62,426 bases of DNA from positions 1-62,426 of the forward strand of contig CALWNV010000002.1 of NCBI GenBank assembly GCA_944382895.1. Direction: 5' to 3'. This stretch comes from an uncultured Clostridia bacterium (GTDB lineage Bacteria > Bacillota > Clostridia > Oscillospirales > UBA644). The notes beneath the pieces were generated by a model, which saw only the letters and a program-made list of their open reading frames with translations, made no database searches and was not told the DNA's origin. Below, in pieces: positions 19,221-28,678 of this stretch (positions are counted from its first letter, which is position 1; each line of letters starts with the position of its first letter). Position numbers and translations under genes: made by a program.

Positions 19221-19850
19221 ATGAAAAAAAACTCTGTTTCACAATCTGTCATACGCCGCCTTCCGAGATATTTCAGATATCTTTCTGAACTTTCAGAACG
19301 GGGAATTACCCGTATATCATCAAAAGAACTGAGTTCGATGATGAAAATCACAGCGTCACAGATACGCCAAGATCTGAACTGTTTCGGGGGTTTTGGGCAA
19401 CAAGGTTACGGATATAATATAGAAGCTCTTTTAAGCGAAATAAAAACGATTCTCGGAGCAGACAGAAGAAACACCGCGATTATTATCGGGATGGGTAATA
19501 TCGGCTCGGCATTGGCAAAAAATATGAATTTTAAAAAACGAGGAGTTTTTCTCATAGGTCTTTTTGACGTATCTGCGGACAAAATCGGCAAACAGTATGG
19601 GGATCTGGAAGTCAAAAGTTCCGACGAGCTTGAAACTTTTTGCCGGGAAAATCATCCGGATATCGCCATTCTGTCTCTTCCAAAGACCCTTACACAACCC
19701 ATGGCAAAACTTCTTTACAGCTACGGGGTAAAAGCTTTTTGGAATTTTGCAAGCACGGAAATTGATATTGACGGCGCATCGGTAGAAAACGTTCATATGG
19801 GAGACAGTCTTATGCTTCTATGCTATGATATAGCAAACAGGAAAGGCTGA
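19221..19850 (+). CDS. rex: redox-sensing transcriptional repressor Rex
   Basis: [12 protein letters not shown]...ISSKELS...[23 protein letters not shown] plus a Rossmann domain. I chose the start at MKKNS (19221), which matches the N-terminal length of Rex homologues. The ORF track starts at 19209. Confidence 0.9.
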   Translation: MKKNSVSQSVIRRLPRYFRYLSELSERGITRISSKELSSMMKITASQIRQDLNCFGGFGQQGYGYNIEALLSEIKTILGADRRNTAIIIGMGNIGSALAKNMNFKKRGVFLIGLFDVSADKIGKQYGDLEVKSSDELETFCRENHPDIAILSLPKTLTQPMAKLLYSYGVKAFWNFASTEIDIDGASVENVHMGDSLMLLCYDIANRKG

Positions 19851-19884
19851 CCCTAAATCACTTTTCGAGAAAGGAATCCGAAGG

Positions 19885-20331
19885 ATGAACAAGATTCTTG
19901 CACAGAACCGGGCAGCGAATCACAACTATTTTATAGAAGACCGTTATGAAGCGGGAATCGAGCTTTTCGGTACGGAAGTCAAAAGCATAAGAGCGGGGAA
20001 CCTTAATCTCAAAGATAGCTACTGTCGTATAACAAAAGATGAACTTTATGCCGAAAACGTTCATATTAGCCCATATGAAAAAGGGAATATTTTTAACCGA
20101 GACCCTTTAAGGCCAAAACGACTTTTAATGCACAAAAAAGAAATCCGCAAACTTCAAGCGGCGGTAACTCGGGAAGGTTATACAATCGTTCCTTTATCCG
20201 TATATCTCAAAAAGGCTCTGGTAAAGATGGAGATCGGGCTTTGCAAAGGTAAAAAGCTTTACGATAAAAGAGACAGTATCGCAAAAAAAGACAGTGAACG
20301 CCGTATACAAAGACGAATGAAGCAGTCATAA
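19885..20331 (+). CDS. smpB: SsrA-binding protein
   Basis: 148 aa. [27 protein letters not shown]... is typical SmpB. Confidence 0.95.
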   Translation: MNKILAQNRAANHNYFIEDRYEAGIELFGTEVKSIRAGNLNLKDSYCRITKDELYAENVHISPYEKGNIFNRDPLRPKRLLMHKKEIRKLQAAVTREGYTIVPLSVYLKKALVKMEIGLCKGKKLYDKRDSIAKKDSERRIQRRMKQS

Positions 20332-20376
20332 AAAGAAAACAACTGTTTTTTTATATTTTCCAATGAAAAGGATATT

Positions 20377-20850
20377 ATGAGAATATTAGGTATTGATCCG
20401 GGATTTGCGACTGTAGGTTATGGAATAGTAAATTATGACGGAAATAAATTTTCTGCGTGTGACTACGGTGTCATAACAACGCTTGCGCGAACCCCGTTTG
20501 AAGATCGGCTTGAACAGCTTTATGATGAGCTTACAAAAATAATTGAATTTTATAATCCGGAAACCGTAGCGTTTGAAGAACTTTTTTTCAACACAAATCT
20601 TAAAACAGGGATACAGGTAGCTCACGGACGCGGCGTTCTGTTCCTTGCAGCAATAAAAAAAGGCTTGAAATGTTATGAATACACGCCTCTTCAAGTAAAA
20701 CAGGCCGTAGTAGGATACGGGAGAGCGGAAAAACAGCAGGTAATGGCAATGGTGAAACTGCTGTTGAACCTTGAAAAAATTCCCCGTCCGGACGATGCGG
20801 CGGATGCTCTTGCGGTCGCGATCTGCCACGCGCATTCAATAAGATTCTGA
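20377..20850 (+). CDS. ruvC: crossover junction endodeoxyribonuclease RuvC
   Basis: 157 aa with the [10 protein letters not shown]-terminus and a C-terminal [12 protein letters not shown] motif. Confidence 0.92.
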   Translation: MRILGIDPGFATVGYGIVNYDGNKFSACDYGVITTLARTPFEDRLEQLYDELTKIIEFYNPETVAFEELFFNTNLKTGIQVAHGRGVLFLAAIKKGLKCYEYTPLQVKQAVVGYGRAEKQQVMAMVKLLLNLEKIPRPDDAADALAVAICHAHSIRF

Positions 20851-20871
20851 TAATACGGGAGAAAAACCGAT

Positions 20872-21450
20872 ATGTATGAGTATTTACACGGAAAACTTGC
20901 ATATACCGACAAAAATCTTGCGATAATCGATTGCGGCGGTGTCGGGTATAAATGCGCGATATCGCAAATGACACACTCAAAAATCCGCGAAGAAAAAGAA
21001 ACAACACTTTATACTTATCTCAATGTAAAAGAAGACGCGCTTGACCTTTACGGCTTTTACGGAAAAGACGAACGAGAAATGTTTCTGCTTCTTATTTCCG
21101 TAAACGGGATAGGACCAAGACTTGCGCTGGCCATATTATCCGAACTTACGGTAAAAGAAATATCTTCCGCTATTCTCTTGGGAGATTTTCTGACATTCAA
21201 GAAAGTTTCAGGCGTCGGAGCAAAAGCAGAAAGGATATGCCTTGATCTGAAAAAAGCGGTACAAAAAACCGGCTTTGAGCCCGAAAACGATTACCGAGTC
21301 ACCCAAAGCTCCGCAGAGATCGACGCAGTGGAGATTCTCGTACAATTAGGATACCAGAGACAAACCGCGAAAAAAGCTGTTTCACGATGTCCTGCGGACA
21401 ATTCTCAGGACATTGTAAAACAGGCGCTTAAAATTATCGCGAATATATAA
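20872..21450 (+). CDS. ruvA: Holliday junction helicase subunit RuvA
   Basis: 192 aa with MYEYLHGKL... and LISVNGIGPRLALAIL HhH motifs. Confidence 0.92.
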   Translation: MYEYLHGKLAYTDKNLAIIDCGGVGYKCAISQMTHSKIREEKETTLYTYLNVKEDALDLYGFYGKDEREMFLLLISVNGIGPRLALAILSELTVKEISSAILLGDFLTFKKVSGVGAKAERICLDLKKAVQKTGFEPENDYRVTQSSAEIDAVEILVQLGYQRQTAKKAVSRCPADNSQDIVKQALKIIANI

Positions 21451-21462
21451 GGAGAAGCCGCA

Positions 21463-22482
21463 ATGGAAGAATTTGACGAAAGACTGCTTTCGGCAAAAGT
21501 GATGAAAGCGGATGACGAAACGGAAGAATCCCTGCGTCCTCACAGACTTAACGAATATATAGGACAAGACCGAATAAAAGAAAATCTTGATATTTATATG
21601 CGCGCCGCCAAAAACAGGGACGAGGCGCTTGATCACGTTTTACTGTACGGGCCCCCGGGGCTTGGGAAAACTACTTTGGCATATATAATTGCTGCCGAAA
21701 TGGGTGTATCAATACGTATAACCTCCGGGCCTGCTCTTGAAAAATCAGGCGACGTTGTCGCGCTTCTGACAAACCTCCAGAAAGGAGATATTCTTTTTAT
21801 TGATGAGATACACCGGCTCTCCAGGACCGTCTCTGAAATCCTGTATCCGGCAATGGAAGACTATGAATTTGATATTATTTTAGGTAAAGGGCCGTCGGCA
21901 AGATCGATAAGATTTAATCTTCCTCATTTTACGCTTATCGGTGCGACAACCCGATCGGGACAACTTGCGGCACCTTTTCGCGACAGATTCGGGGTTCTCT
22001 TCCGCCTTGAAATGTATACAGGAGAAGAACTTTCAGAAATCGTGACTAGATCGGCCGGCATCCTCGGAATAAAAATAACCTCGGACGGAGCTGCGGAGAT
22101 TGCGTCCCGCTCAAGAGGCACACCTCGTGTGGCAAACAGGCTTTTACGACGTGTCCGTGATTTTGCGCAAATTCTCGGAAACGGGGAAATAAATAAAAAA
22201 ACAGCAGCTGTCGCTCTTGAAAAACTTGAAGTAGATGAACTCGGGCTTGACAGAACAGACAGGATGATGCTTGACGCAATGATCCGCTCATTTAACGGCG
22301 GGCCTGTCGGGCTTGAAACCCTTGCCGCCATGATCGGAGAGGAACCCGTAACGATAGAAGATGTTTATGAACCGTATCTTATGCAGATAGGATTTATCAA
22401 CAGAACTCCACGAGGACGTTGCGCTACCGCCGCCGCATATAGACATTTGGGTATCGAACTCCCGTCACAGACTCTTTTATAA
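21463..22482 (+). CDS. ruvB: Holliday junction helicase subunit RuvB
   Basis: 339 aa with [12 protein letters not shown], Walker [10 protein letters not shown] and IDEIHRL. Confidence 0.97.
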   Translation: MEEFDERLLSAKVMKADDETEESLRPHRLNEYIGQDRIKENLDIYMRAAKNRDEALDHVLLYGPPGLGKTTLAYIIAAEMGVSIRITSGPALEKSGDVVALLTNLQKGDILFIDEIHRLSRTVSEILYPAMEDYEFDIILGKGPSARSIRFNLPHFTLIGATTRSGQLAAPFRDRFGVLFRLEMYTGEELSEIVTRSAGILGIKITSDGAAEIASRSRGTPRVANRLLRRVRDFAQILGNGEINKKTAAVALEKLEVDELGLDRTDRMMLDAMIRSFNGGPVGLETLAAMIGEEPVTIEDVYEPYLMQIGFINRTPRGRCATAAAYRHLGIELPSQTLL

Positions 22483-22492
22483 GGAAAATCTT

Positions 22493-23377
22493 ATGGATAA
22501 CAAACAATCTATGTTTTTTCCCAAATACGATATTGATATTGAAAACATTCGCATTTCCTTTTATTTTCATGGAATGGACGATTCCGAAACAGAAAAGGAA
22601 CGTACGGTTTTGCATAAACATAGTGAATATATAATTTATGTCTCCGATAAGAACACAATTTATATTCAAACTAAAGGCCGCCGCTTTTCCCTTGCTCCGG
22701 GAGAAGTTCTTATACTTCCTCCCAACACGGAACATATATATTCCCCGGAAAATGAAAATATTTGTTTTTCGGCGGGCTTTACTTTTGAGCAAAATGAACA
22801 TGTTTGTAACGAAGATGTTTACACGCCTCTTTCAGACTTTTTTAGAAGTCTGTATTGTCTACACCTAAAAAAACAAACCGTTATTGCAAAGACCGTACAG
22901 GAGATAAACCGTCTTTTTACAGAAAACTCCATTGTTGCCCTTCTATTTCGGCTAAAAATATGCTTCACACTTATTATTTTTAACCTGTATGACAACCTCG
23001 CATATATTTCAAGCGTAGAGCCGACAAAAGAAGATCTTTCTCCAGAAACCATGAAAAAGTACAAAAACACCCATCTAAGGCCGTTTGTAATAGATTCGTA
23101 TATGCGTGCACATTTCAGGGAAAACATTACTCTTGAACAGATGGCAAAAGCATTGTCATTAAGCACAAAACAACTGAGCAGAATAATAAAAAACACATAC
23201 GGGCAGACTTTCCGTAAAAGAATCACATTCATGCGTGTAGAAGAAGCCAAGAAACTTTTACTCGATAAAAACCTGACTATTGCTCAAATAGCCTTTATGG
23301 TAGGATTTTCTACTCATACCGGATTCTACAAAGCATTTAAGCAAATCACGGGGAAAAAACCCGGAGAGTGGAGATAA
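22493..23377 (+). CDS. AraC family transcriptional regulator (cupin N-domain plus HTH)
   Basis: 294 aa with a C-terminal AraC-type HTH (IAFMVGFSTHTGFYKAFKQITGKKPGEWR). Confidence 0.85.
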   Translation: MDNKQSMFFPKYDIDIENIRISFYFHGMDDSETEKERTVLHKHSEYIIYVSDKNTIYIQTKGRRFSLAPGEVLILPPNTEHIYSPENENICFSAGFTFEQNEHVCNEDVYTPLSDFFRSLYCLHLKKQTVIAKTVQEINRLFTENSIVALLFRLKICFTLIIFNLYDNLAYISSVEPTKEDLSPETMKKYKNTHLRPFVIDSYMRAHFRENITLEQMAKALSLSTKQLSRIIKNTYGQTFRKRITFMRVEEAKKLLLDKNLTIAQIAFMVGFSTHTGFYKAFKQITGKKPGEWR

Positions 23378-23441
23378 TTTTTAAAAAGTTTTTTTACTGA
23401 AGATTTTTTACGCAATAACGATATAAAAATAAACATGACTG

Positions 23442-23476
23442 AAAAAACAGCCCTTAAAACAGGGGCTGTTTTTTCA
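23442..23476. terminator. bidirectional terminator between the convergent araC-like and apgM-like genes
   Basis: AAAAAACAGCCC-ttaaaaca-GGGGCTGTTTTTT, with an A-run and a T-run flanking the stem. Confidence 0.7.
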
Positions 23477-23579
23477 AATCTAACTAAAAATATATGATAT
23501 ATTTTCAAATAAAAATTTTTTATATCTCAAATTTTTATATTCCGAATATCAGTAATTATTTGTAAAAAGCAAAAATACT

Positions 23580-24827
23580 TTAATTTTCTCCGTAAAGATT
23601 TTTTTCTTTCTTTATTTTTCGCGCTATCATAAGATCAATAAGATCATACCCGTTATCTATATATATTCCGCTTTCTCCCGCAACTTTTTCACAATAACAT
23701 GCATGGCCCTCAACAGATTTTTCATCGTTGTAATACAACATAAACGGAACATCTGCTGACGAATGACCTCGTGTTGAGAGCGGCGTTGGATGATCAGGAG
23801 TGACCAGAACAGCAAAAGATTCTCCTCTGTTTTCCAGAAAAGAGACAACAGGGCTCAAAACATCTCTGTCTATGATCTCAAGCGATTTCACTTTCCCTTC
23901 CGCATCTCCCTGATGCCCACACTCATCCGGAGCTTCAATATGAAGATAAACAAGCTCTTTTCCATCCTCAAAAGCTTTCTTCGCCGCTTCAGCTTTACCT
24001 TTGAAATTTGTATCCAGGTTCCCGGTAGCACCGTCAACCTCATATACGGACATCCCCGCGCTCTTGGCAATCCCTTTTATCAGATCAACAGCCGTGACGA
24101 CAGCACCGCTGATACCGTGACTGTTCTTAAACAAAGGAAGGCTCATCGGTCTTCCCTGTCCCCAAAACCATACAGAGTTAGCTGGATTTCGGTTTTCGGA
24201 GATCCGTTTTTTGTTTATAGGATGCTCGGACAAAAACACATAACTTTTTTTCATTATATCTAAAAAAAAGTCTGCTTGTTTTCCACAAGGAAGCCTCTCT
24301 CTGACAGGCTTTCCCGTAAACATATGGGGCGGAGTAAATGAAATGTCTTCCTCTGCATTATGAACCACAAAACAATGCCTGTAACTTACTCCGGGAAAAA
24401 ACTCATATGAATCACTTCTCAAAACATCATTCAGTTCGGATATAAGGATTTTCGCTTCTTCACTTGAAATCTCTCCCGCACTGTAATCAATCATCGTTTT
24501 TTCTTCATACTTCGGCTCTTCCGAAAGGGTAACCAAATTAGCCCTTACAGCAAGATCTGATACTTCCATCTGTATTCCCATCGAGGCGGCCTCAAGAGGA
24601 GCTCTCCCGGTAAGATATTTACGGGGATCATACCCCATTACCGTAAGATTCCCTACATCGCTGCCGCCTTTACAGCCCTCAGGAGTGACCCTGACCATTC
24701 CCATTACGCCTTTGCCCGCAAGCATATCCATTGTCGGTTTTACAGCAACTGTTAAAGGGGTTTTACCGCACAATTTTTCACATGGTTCATCCGCCGCGCC
24801 GTCAATAAGTAAAACCAAATATCTCAA
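23580..24827 (-). CDS. archaeal-type (ApgM-like) cofactor-independent phosphoglycerate mutase family metalloenzyme
   Basis: 415 aa with YLVLLIDGAADEP...GKTPL...GSDVGNLTVMGYDP...EAPDECGHQGD...TPDHPTP. Its start overlaps the murE stop by 4 nt. Confidence 0.8.
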   Translation of the reverse strand: MRYLVLLIDGAADEPCEKLCGKTPLTVAVKPTMDMLAGKGVMGMVRVTPEGCKGGSDVGNLTVMGYDPRKYLTGRAPLEAASMGIQMEVSDLAVRANLVTLSEEPKYEEKTMIDYSAGEISSEEAKILISELNDVLRSDSYEFFPGVSYRHCFVVHNAEEDISFTPPHMFTGKPVRERLPCGKQADFFLDIMKKSYVFLSEHPINKKRISENRNPANSVWFWGQGRPMSLPLFKNSHGISGAVVTAVDLIKGIAKSAGMSVYEVDGATGNLDTNFKGKAEAAKKAFEDGKELVYLHIEAPDECGHQGDAEGKVKSLEIIDRDVLSPVVSFLENRGESFAVLVTPDHPTPLSTRGHSSADVPFMLYYNDEKSVEGHACYCEKVAGESGIYIDNGYDLIDLMIARKIKKEKNLYGEN

Positions 24828-26293
24828 TCTTTATTTCCTCCTAAAATCTCTTTCGCACATAAAAGATCACCTTTATAATCGATAAGTCTCCCGCGCACTT
24901 TTTGAGTTGTTTCATGCCCTTTGCCGGCAAGCAAAACAACATCGCCTTTTTCTGCGTTGGTAATAGCGAATCTCACGGCCTGCGCACGGTCTTCTATTTT
25001 AATATACGGAATACTTGTTTTTTTGAACTCAGTTTCAACCTCATCCATTATATCTTCCGGTTCCTCATTTTCCGGGTCATCGGATGTTATTACCGCGAAA
25101 TCCGCATATTTCGCAACACTGTGAGGTATTTCCGCACGGCGATCCAAGGCTTTATTCCCGGGGCAACCAAAAAGACATGTTATCTTCGCTTCCGGATAAA
25201 AATTCTTCAGAAACGATAAAACCGCCTCTATGCTCATCCCGTTATGCGCATAATCAACAACGACCGTAACACCGTTTTTTTCATAAATATCCATTCTTCC
25301 GTCTATCTGTGTTTTGAAAAGCCCCGCGCGAATGCTTTCAATATCACAGCCGCAAATGAACGCACACGCCGCTGCGGCAAGCGCGTTGCTTACATTAAAA
25401 CCTCCGGGTATACGTATCTCAAAAAGCTCGTTGTTGATATATTTTCCTTTTATTCTAAAACTCACGCCTTTTTTCGTCAAAACTATATCTCGCGCTTCAA
25501 AATCCGCGGTTCTTTCAGTTGAAAATGTAAATATCCTCTCACAAGAGGCGGAAGAAATTATTTCAGAAGAATATTTGTCATCCAAATTCACTATTCCGTA
25601 TCTGCTTTGTTTCAAAAGCCTTTTTTTCGCTTCCTTATATTCCTCAAAGCTTTTATGCTCAGACGGGCTTATATGATCGGAGGCAAGATTAAGAAAAATC
25701 CCGGAAAAAAAGGATATCCCGTCCGTCCGATTATACCACAGACCCTGCGACGAGACTTCCATACAGGCTGCACAAATATCCTGCTCGGCAAATCCGTTCA
25801 AAATATAATACAGTTCAAGAGCTTCAGGAGTAGTACCGCTTTTTTCATATCTTTTCTCACCGCAAACGGCTTCATTTGTAGAAATCATCCCAACATTATT
25901 TTTTCCAAAAAACTCTTCAAAAATATTTTTAAGCATATACGTAACTGTCGTTTTCCCTTTTGTCCCGGTTATTCCGCATAACTTATATCTGGTATCCGGT
26001 CTACCGTAAAACTCCCGGGCAATCAACGGCATCGCAGCTCTGACAGAAGAAACTTTTATAAAAGGGATTTCGTCTCCTAAATCGTTTTCGCCTACATATG
26101 CAACAGCACCGTTCCTGACAGCTTCATAAAAATATTCTTTTTTGAAATTTACACCTTTAACAAAAAACAAGGTGTCTTCTCCGCACTTTTTCGAATCACA
26201 CGAAATATTTTTTATTTCACCGATCTCTTTATCCGGAAAATAAAGCAAAAGTCTGTTTTCTTCCAGGATATGCTTTACACATTCAATTTTCAC
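24824..26293 (-). CDS. murE: Mur ligase, MurE type (UDP-MurNAc-L-Ala-D-Glu:diamino-acid ligase); third-position substrate uncertain
   Basis: 489 aa with a GTG start. It has an N-terminal MurE domain and a GITGTKGKTT P-loop. The position of the DNPR motif reads DDPE (ITSDDPENEEPEDI). Confidence 0.85.
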   Translation of the reverse strand: MKIECVKHILEENRLLLYFPDKEIGEIKNISCDSKKCGEDTLFFVKGVNFKKEYFYEAVRNGAVAYVGENDLGDEIPFIKVSSVRAAMPLIAREFYGRPDTRYKLCGITGTKGKTTVTYMLKNIFEEFFGKNNVGMISTNEAVCGEKRYEKSGTTPEALELYYILNGFAEQDICAACMEVSSQGLWYNRTDGISFFSGIFLNLASDHISPSEHKSFEEYKEAKKRLLKQSRYGIVNLDDKYSSEIISSASCERIFTFSTERTADFEARDIVLTKKGVSFRIKGKYINNELFEIRIPGGFNVSNALAAAACAFICGCDIESIRAGLFKTQIDGRMDIYEKNGVTVVVDYAHNGMSIEAVLSFLKNFYPEAKITCLFGCPGNKALDRRAEIPHSVAKYADFAVITSDDPENEEPEDIMDEVETEFKKTSIPYIKIEDRAQAVRFAITNAEKGDVVLLAGKGHETTQKVRGRLIDYKGDLLCAKEILGGNKD

Positions 26294-26395
26294 AAACTTT
26301 CGCCTCTTTCTTTGTTAAATTTATCTGTTGACCTATATATTGTGTTTTCACTTTTTTCCGCTGTATTACAACCAGTATTTTGCCTCAAAAATTTT

Positions 26396-26424
26396 TTTAT
26401 AAAACGAAAATACAAAGTTTTCAA
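26396..26424 (-). promoter_or_regulatory. candidate murE promoter
   Basis: Minus strand reads TTGAAA-17 nt-TATAAA. It overlaps one copy of a GTTGAAAAC direct repeat. Confidence 0.35.
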
Positions 26425-26697
26425 CGATTTCAAACGGGTTTTCAACAATGCCGCTCGGGTTTTCTTAAAATTTATACACAATCTTTTGGTTTGATTTTTG
26501 TTGTTTTTTGTTGTTTTGACATATTATTTTTTTATCTGACAGGGTTTTCGCAAAACAAACCATTAATAAATATTGTGTCAAGTACTTTTTTATTTTTTAT
26601 TAAAAAATAAAAAACTTTCATTCCGGATAAAAACTCGGGAATATTAGAGCCATCCTGAGGTTTTTTATAAAAAAGGCTGAAACCCTCTATTCTAAAA

Positions 26698-27183
26698 TCA
26701 ATACCCTCTTTTATCCTCAAGCGAATCGTCAATCTCAACCCAATCCTTATTAACATCTACCGTATGAAACTCTGTCTTTGTGTCCCGAACCACAACCCGG
26801 TCTATGCCTGCGTTTATTATAAGTCTCCTGCACATCGAGCAACAGTCTGTCCCTCCGACAACTTCCCCTTCCGGATCTATACAGCAAAGATATAAAACAG
26901 ACCCTATCATTTCTTCCCTTGATGCCGAAATGATCGCATTGGCTTCCGCATGCACTGATCTGCACAGCTCATAACGTTCGCCGGCGGGGATTTCCAGCTT
27001 TTGCCGAAGACATGTCCCTATATCACAGCAATTTTTACGGCCTCTCGGCGCGCCCGCGTATCCGGTACTTATAATTGTATCATTTTTTACAATTACTGCT
27101 CCGAATTTTCTCCGAAGGCAAGTCCCTCTTTCCGCAACAACTTGTGCGATATCCAAATAATAATTTGTTTTGTCAATTCTCAT
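26698..27183 (-). CDS. comEB: dCMP deaminase (ComEB type)
   Basis: 161 aa with zinc motifs VHAEANAI and CSMCRRLIINAG. ATGA overlap with the upstream HD gene. Confidence 0.9.
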   Translation of the reverse strand: MRIDKTNYYLDIAQVVAERGTCLRRKFGAVIVKNDTIISTGYAGAPRGRKNCCDIGTCLRQKLEIPAGERYELCRSVHAEANAIISASREEMIGSVLYLCCIDPEGEVVGGTDCCSMCRRLIINAGIDRVVVRDTKTEFHTVDVNKDWVEIDDSLEDKRGY

Positions 27184-28673
27184 TTCATATACCCCGCAAA
27201 AAAATTTTTCAGCCCATCCGCGGCGATCTTTCTGTCTATCTTCACATCCGTAAAAATATATCCGCGCCAGTTTGAAAGATTAAAAGATCTGCACCATTCT
27301 TTTATATAAACAAATTTATTGATAACCGGATTTCCTCCGTCACGCGAAACCACTAAAAACTGCGCGCTCGTGTCTGTTATACGAGGGAAAACCGGATAAA
27401 TGTCATATTCGTCAAATTCGGGAGGAGTCTTCCCTTCGTTTTTATATTGCTCGCGTATTTTTTCGCATAAAAGTCGGCGAAAACATATTTTCTCATTATA
27501 ATCAGCGAAATTCAGTTTTTCCGTAAACGCGGAAATTTTTTCTGTTCCTCCGAGCTGTTCCGATGAAAAAACACATGCCCTCTTAGGAATCTCCCGGCGT
27601 TTAAGCTTTGTCACTGCCCTTTGCAAAAGAAGACTCTTCATATCCTTGTACTCTATTTCCTTTTCCGAAAGATAAAGAAAATCACACGGATGCAAAAGTC
27701 TTCTTTCATCAATCATCCGGCTTATTATGTCTTCTATCACCGCTTCAACCGCGAGAACCTTTTGATGGCGGTACATATAAACATATAACATATTTCTGTT
27801 AAAAAGAAGCTCTTCTACGGTCGTGACCCCATCATCTCTTATAGCAAGCTTATAATCTTTTGTTTTTTCCGTTTCATCACAAACAAGAACTATTTTCATC
27901 AAAAACCGCTCAACGCCGTAGCTCAAGGAAAGACCTGCCGTATAGCTGTCCCTTTGAGTATAATCAAGTTTATCGGCATCTATATCACTGTTTAATACGG
28001 ATGTAAGGAAAGAATATATCTCTGTTTTACCGTTTTTCTCTTTCTTGTTGTTCTGCCCGATGATCATGTTCGCACATTCTGCCAATAACCCAAAACAAGA
28101 TTCTTCGTCTCCCTTTTCCGGATATGAAACGTTATTATAAAAAAAATCTCCGAAAGCCCGACTCTTCACTATCATATATGAAAAAATTTCATGCGGAGCA
28201 GGAGAAACACCTATATCAAGATTTTTCATTATTTCTTTTTTTATCTCAGAAAACTGAGGCAATTTAGAATATATCCGCTCTGATAAATGCGAATAAAAGC
28301 AGTGTCCTATATCATGTAACAAAGCAGCAAGCCTGACCTTATTACGGTCACTGTCAGTAACAAAGTAGTCAACACTGCGGTTACGGAGATTATCGATCAT
28401 TCTTGACGCTATCGCTACCGTTCCGAGAGAATGCTCAAACCTGGTATGCCGGGCTGCAGGATATGTCAAATCCGCCCTTCCCAGTTGCTGTATCTCTCTT
28501 AATCTCTGAAAAATAGGAGAATCTATTATCTCAATTTCCCATGCAAAATAGACAACCGATCCCCATATGGGATCATGAATAGTCTTTTCCCCTGTTTTCT
28601 GAGGAACATATCCATCCAAACAATCAAAGACAAACTTTTCCACACGTTGATAAAATTCGCGGCAATCAGCCAT
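27180..28673 (-). CDS. SAMHD1-like HD-domain (d)NTP triphosphohydrolase family protein
   Basis: IHDPIWGSVVYFAWEIEIIDSPIFQRLREIQQLG...HTRFEHSLG...LLHDIGHCFYSH parallels the SAMHD1/EF1143 N-terminal HD core. I set the start at the ATG at 28673 (GAGGTG RBS 6 nt upstream). The ORF track gives a GTG at 28682. Confidence 0.8.
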   Translation of the reverse strand: MADCREFYQRVEKFVFDCLDGYVPQKTGEKTIHDPIWGSVVYFAWEIEIIDSPIFQRLREIQQLGRADLTYPAARHTRFEHSLGTVAIASRMIDNLRNRSVDYFVTDSDRNKVRLAALLHDIGHCFYSHLSERIYSKLPQFSEIKKEIMKNLDIGVSPAPHEIFSYMIVKSRAFGDFFYNNVSYPEKGDEESCFGLLAECANMIIGQNNKKEKNGKTEIYSFLTSVLNSDIDADKLDYTQRDSYTAGLSLSYGVERFLMKIVLVCDETEKTKDYKLAIRDDGVTTVEELLFNRNMLYVYMYRHQKVLAVEAVIEDIISRMIDERRLLHPCDFLYLSEKEIEYKDMKSLLLQRAVTKLKRREIPKRACVFSSEQLGGTEKISAFTEKLNFADYNEKICFRRLLCEKIREQYKNEGKTPPEFDEYDIYPVFPRITDTSAQFLVVSRDGGNPVINKFVYIKEWCRSFNLSNWRGYIFTDVKIDRKIAADGLKNFFAGYMK

Positions 28674-28678
28674 CCAGA

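Noticed and set aside
20332-20376. Looked for tmRNA (ssrA) next to smpB, a common Firmicute arrangement.
   Set aside because: Only 45 nt separate smpB and ruvC. No GGGG...tRNA-like 3' end (GGTTCGA..CCACCA) occurs here or elsewhere in the window.
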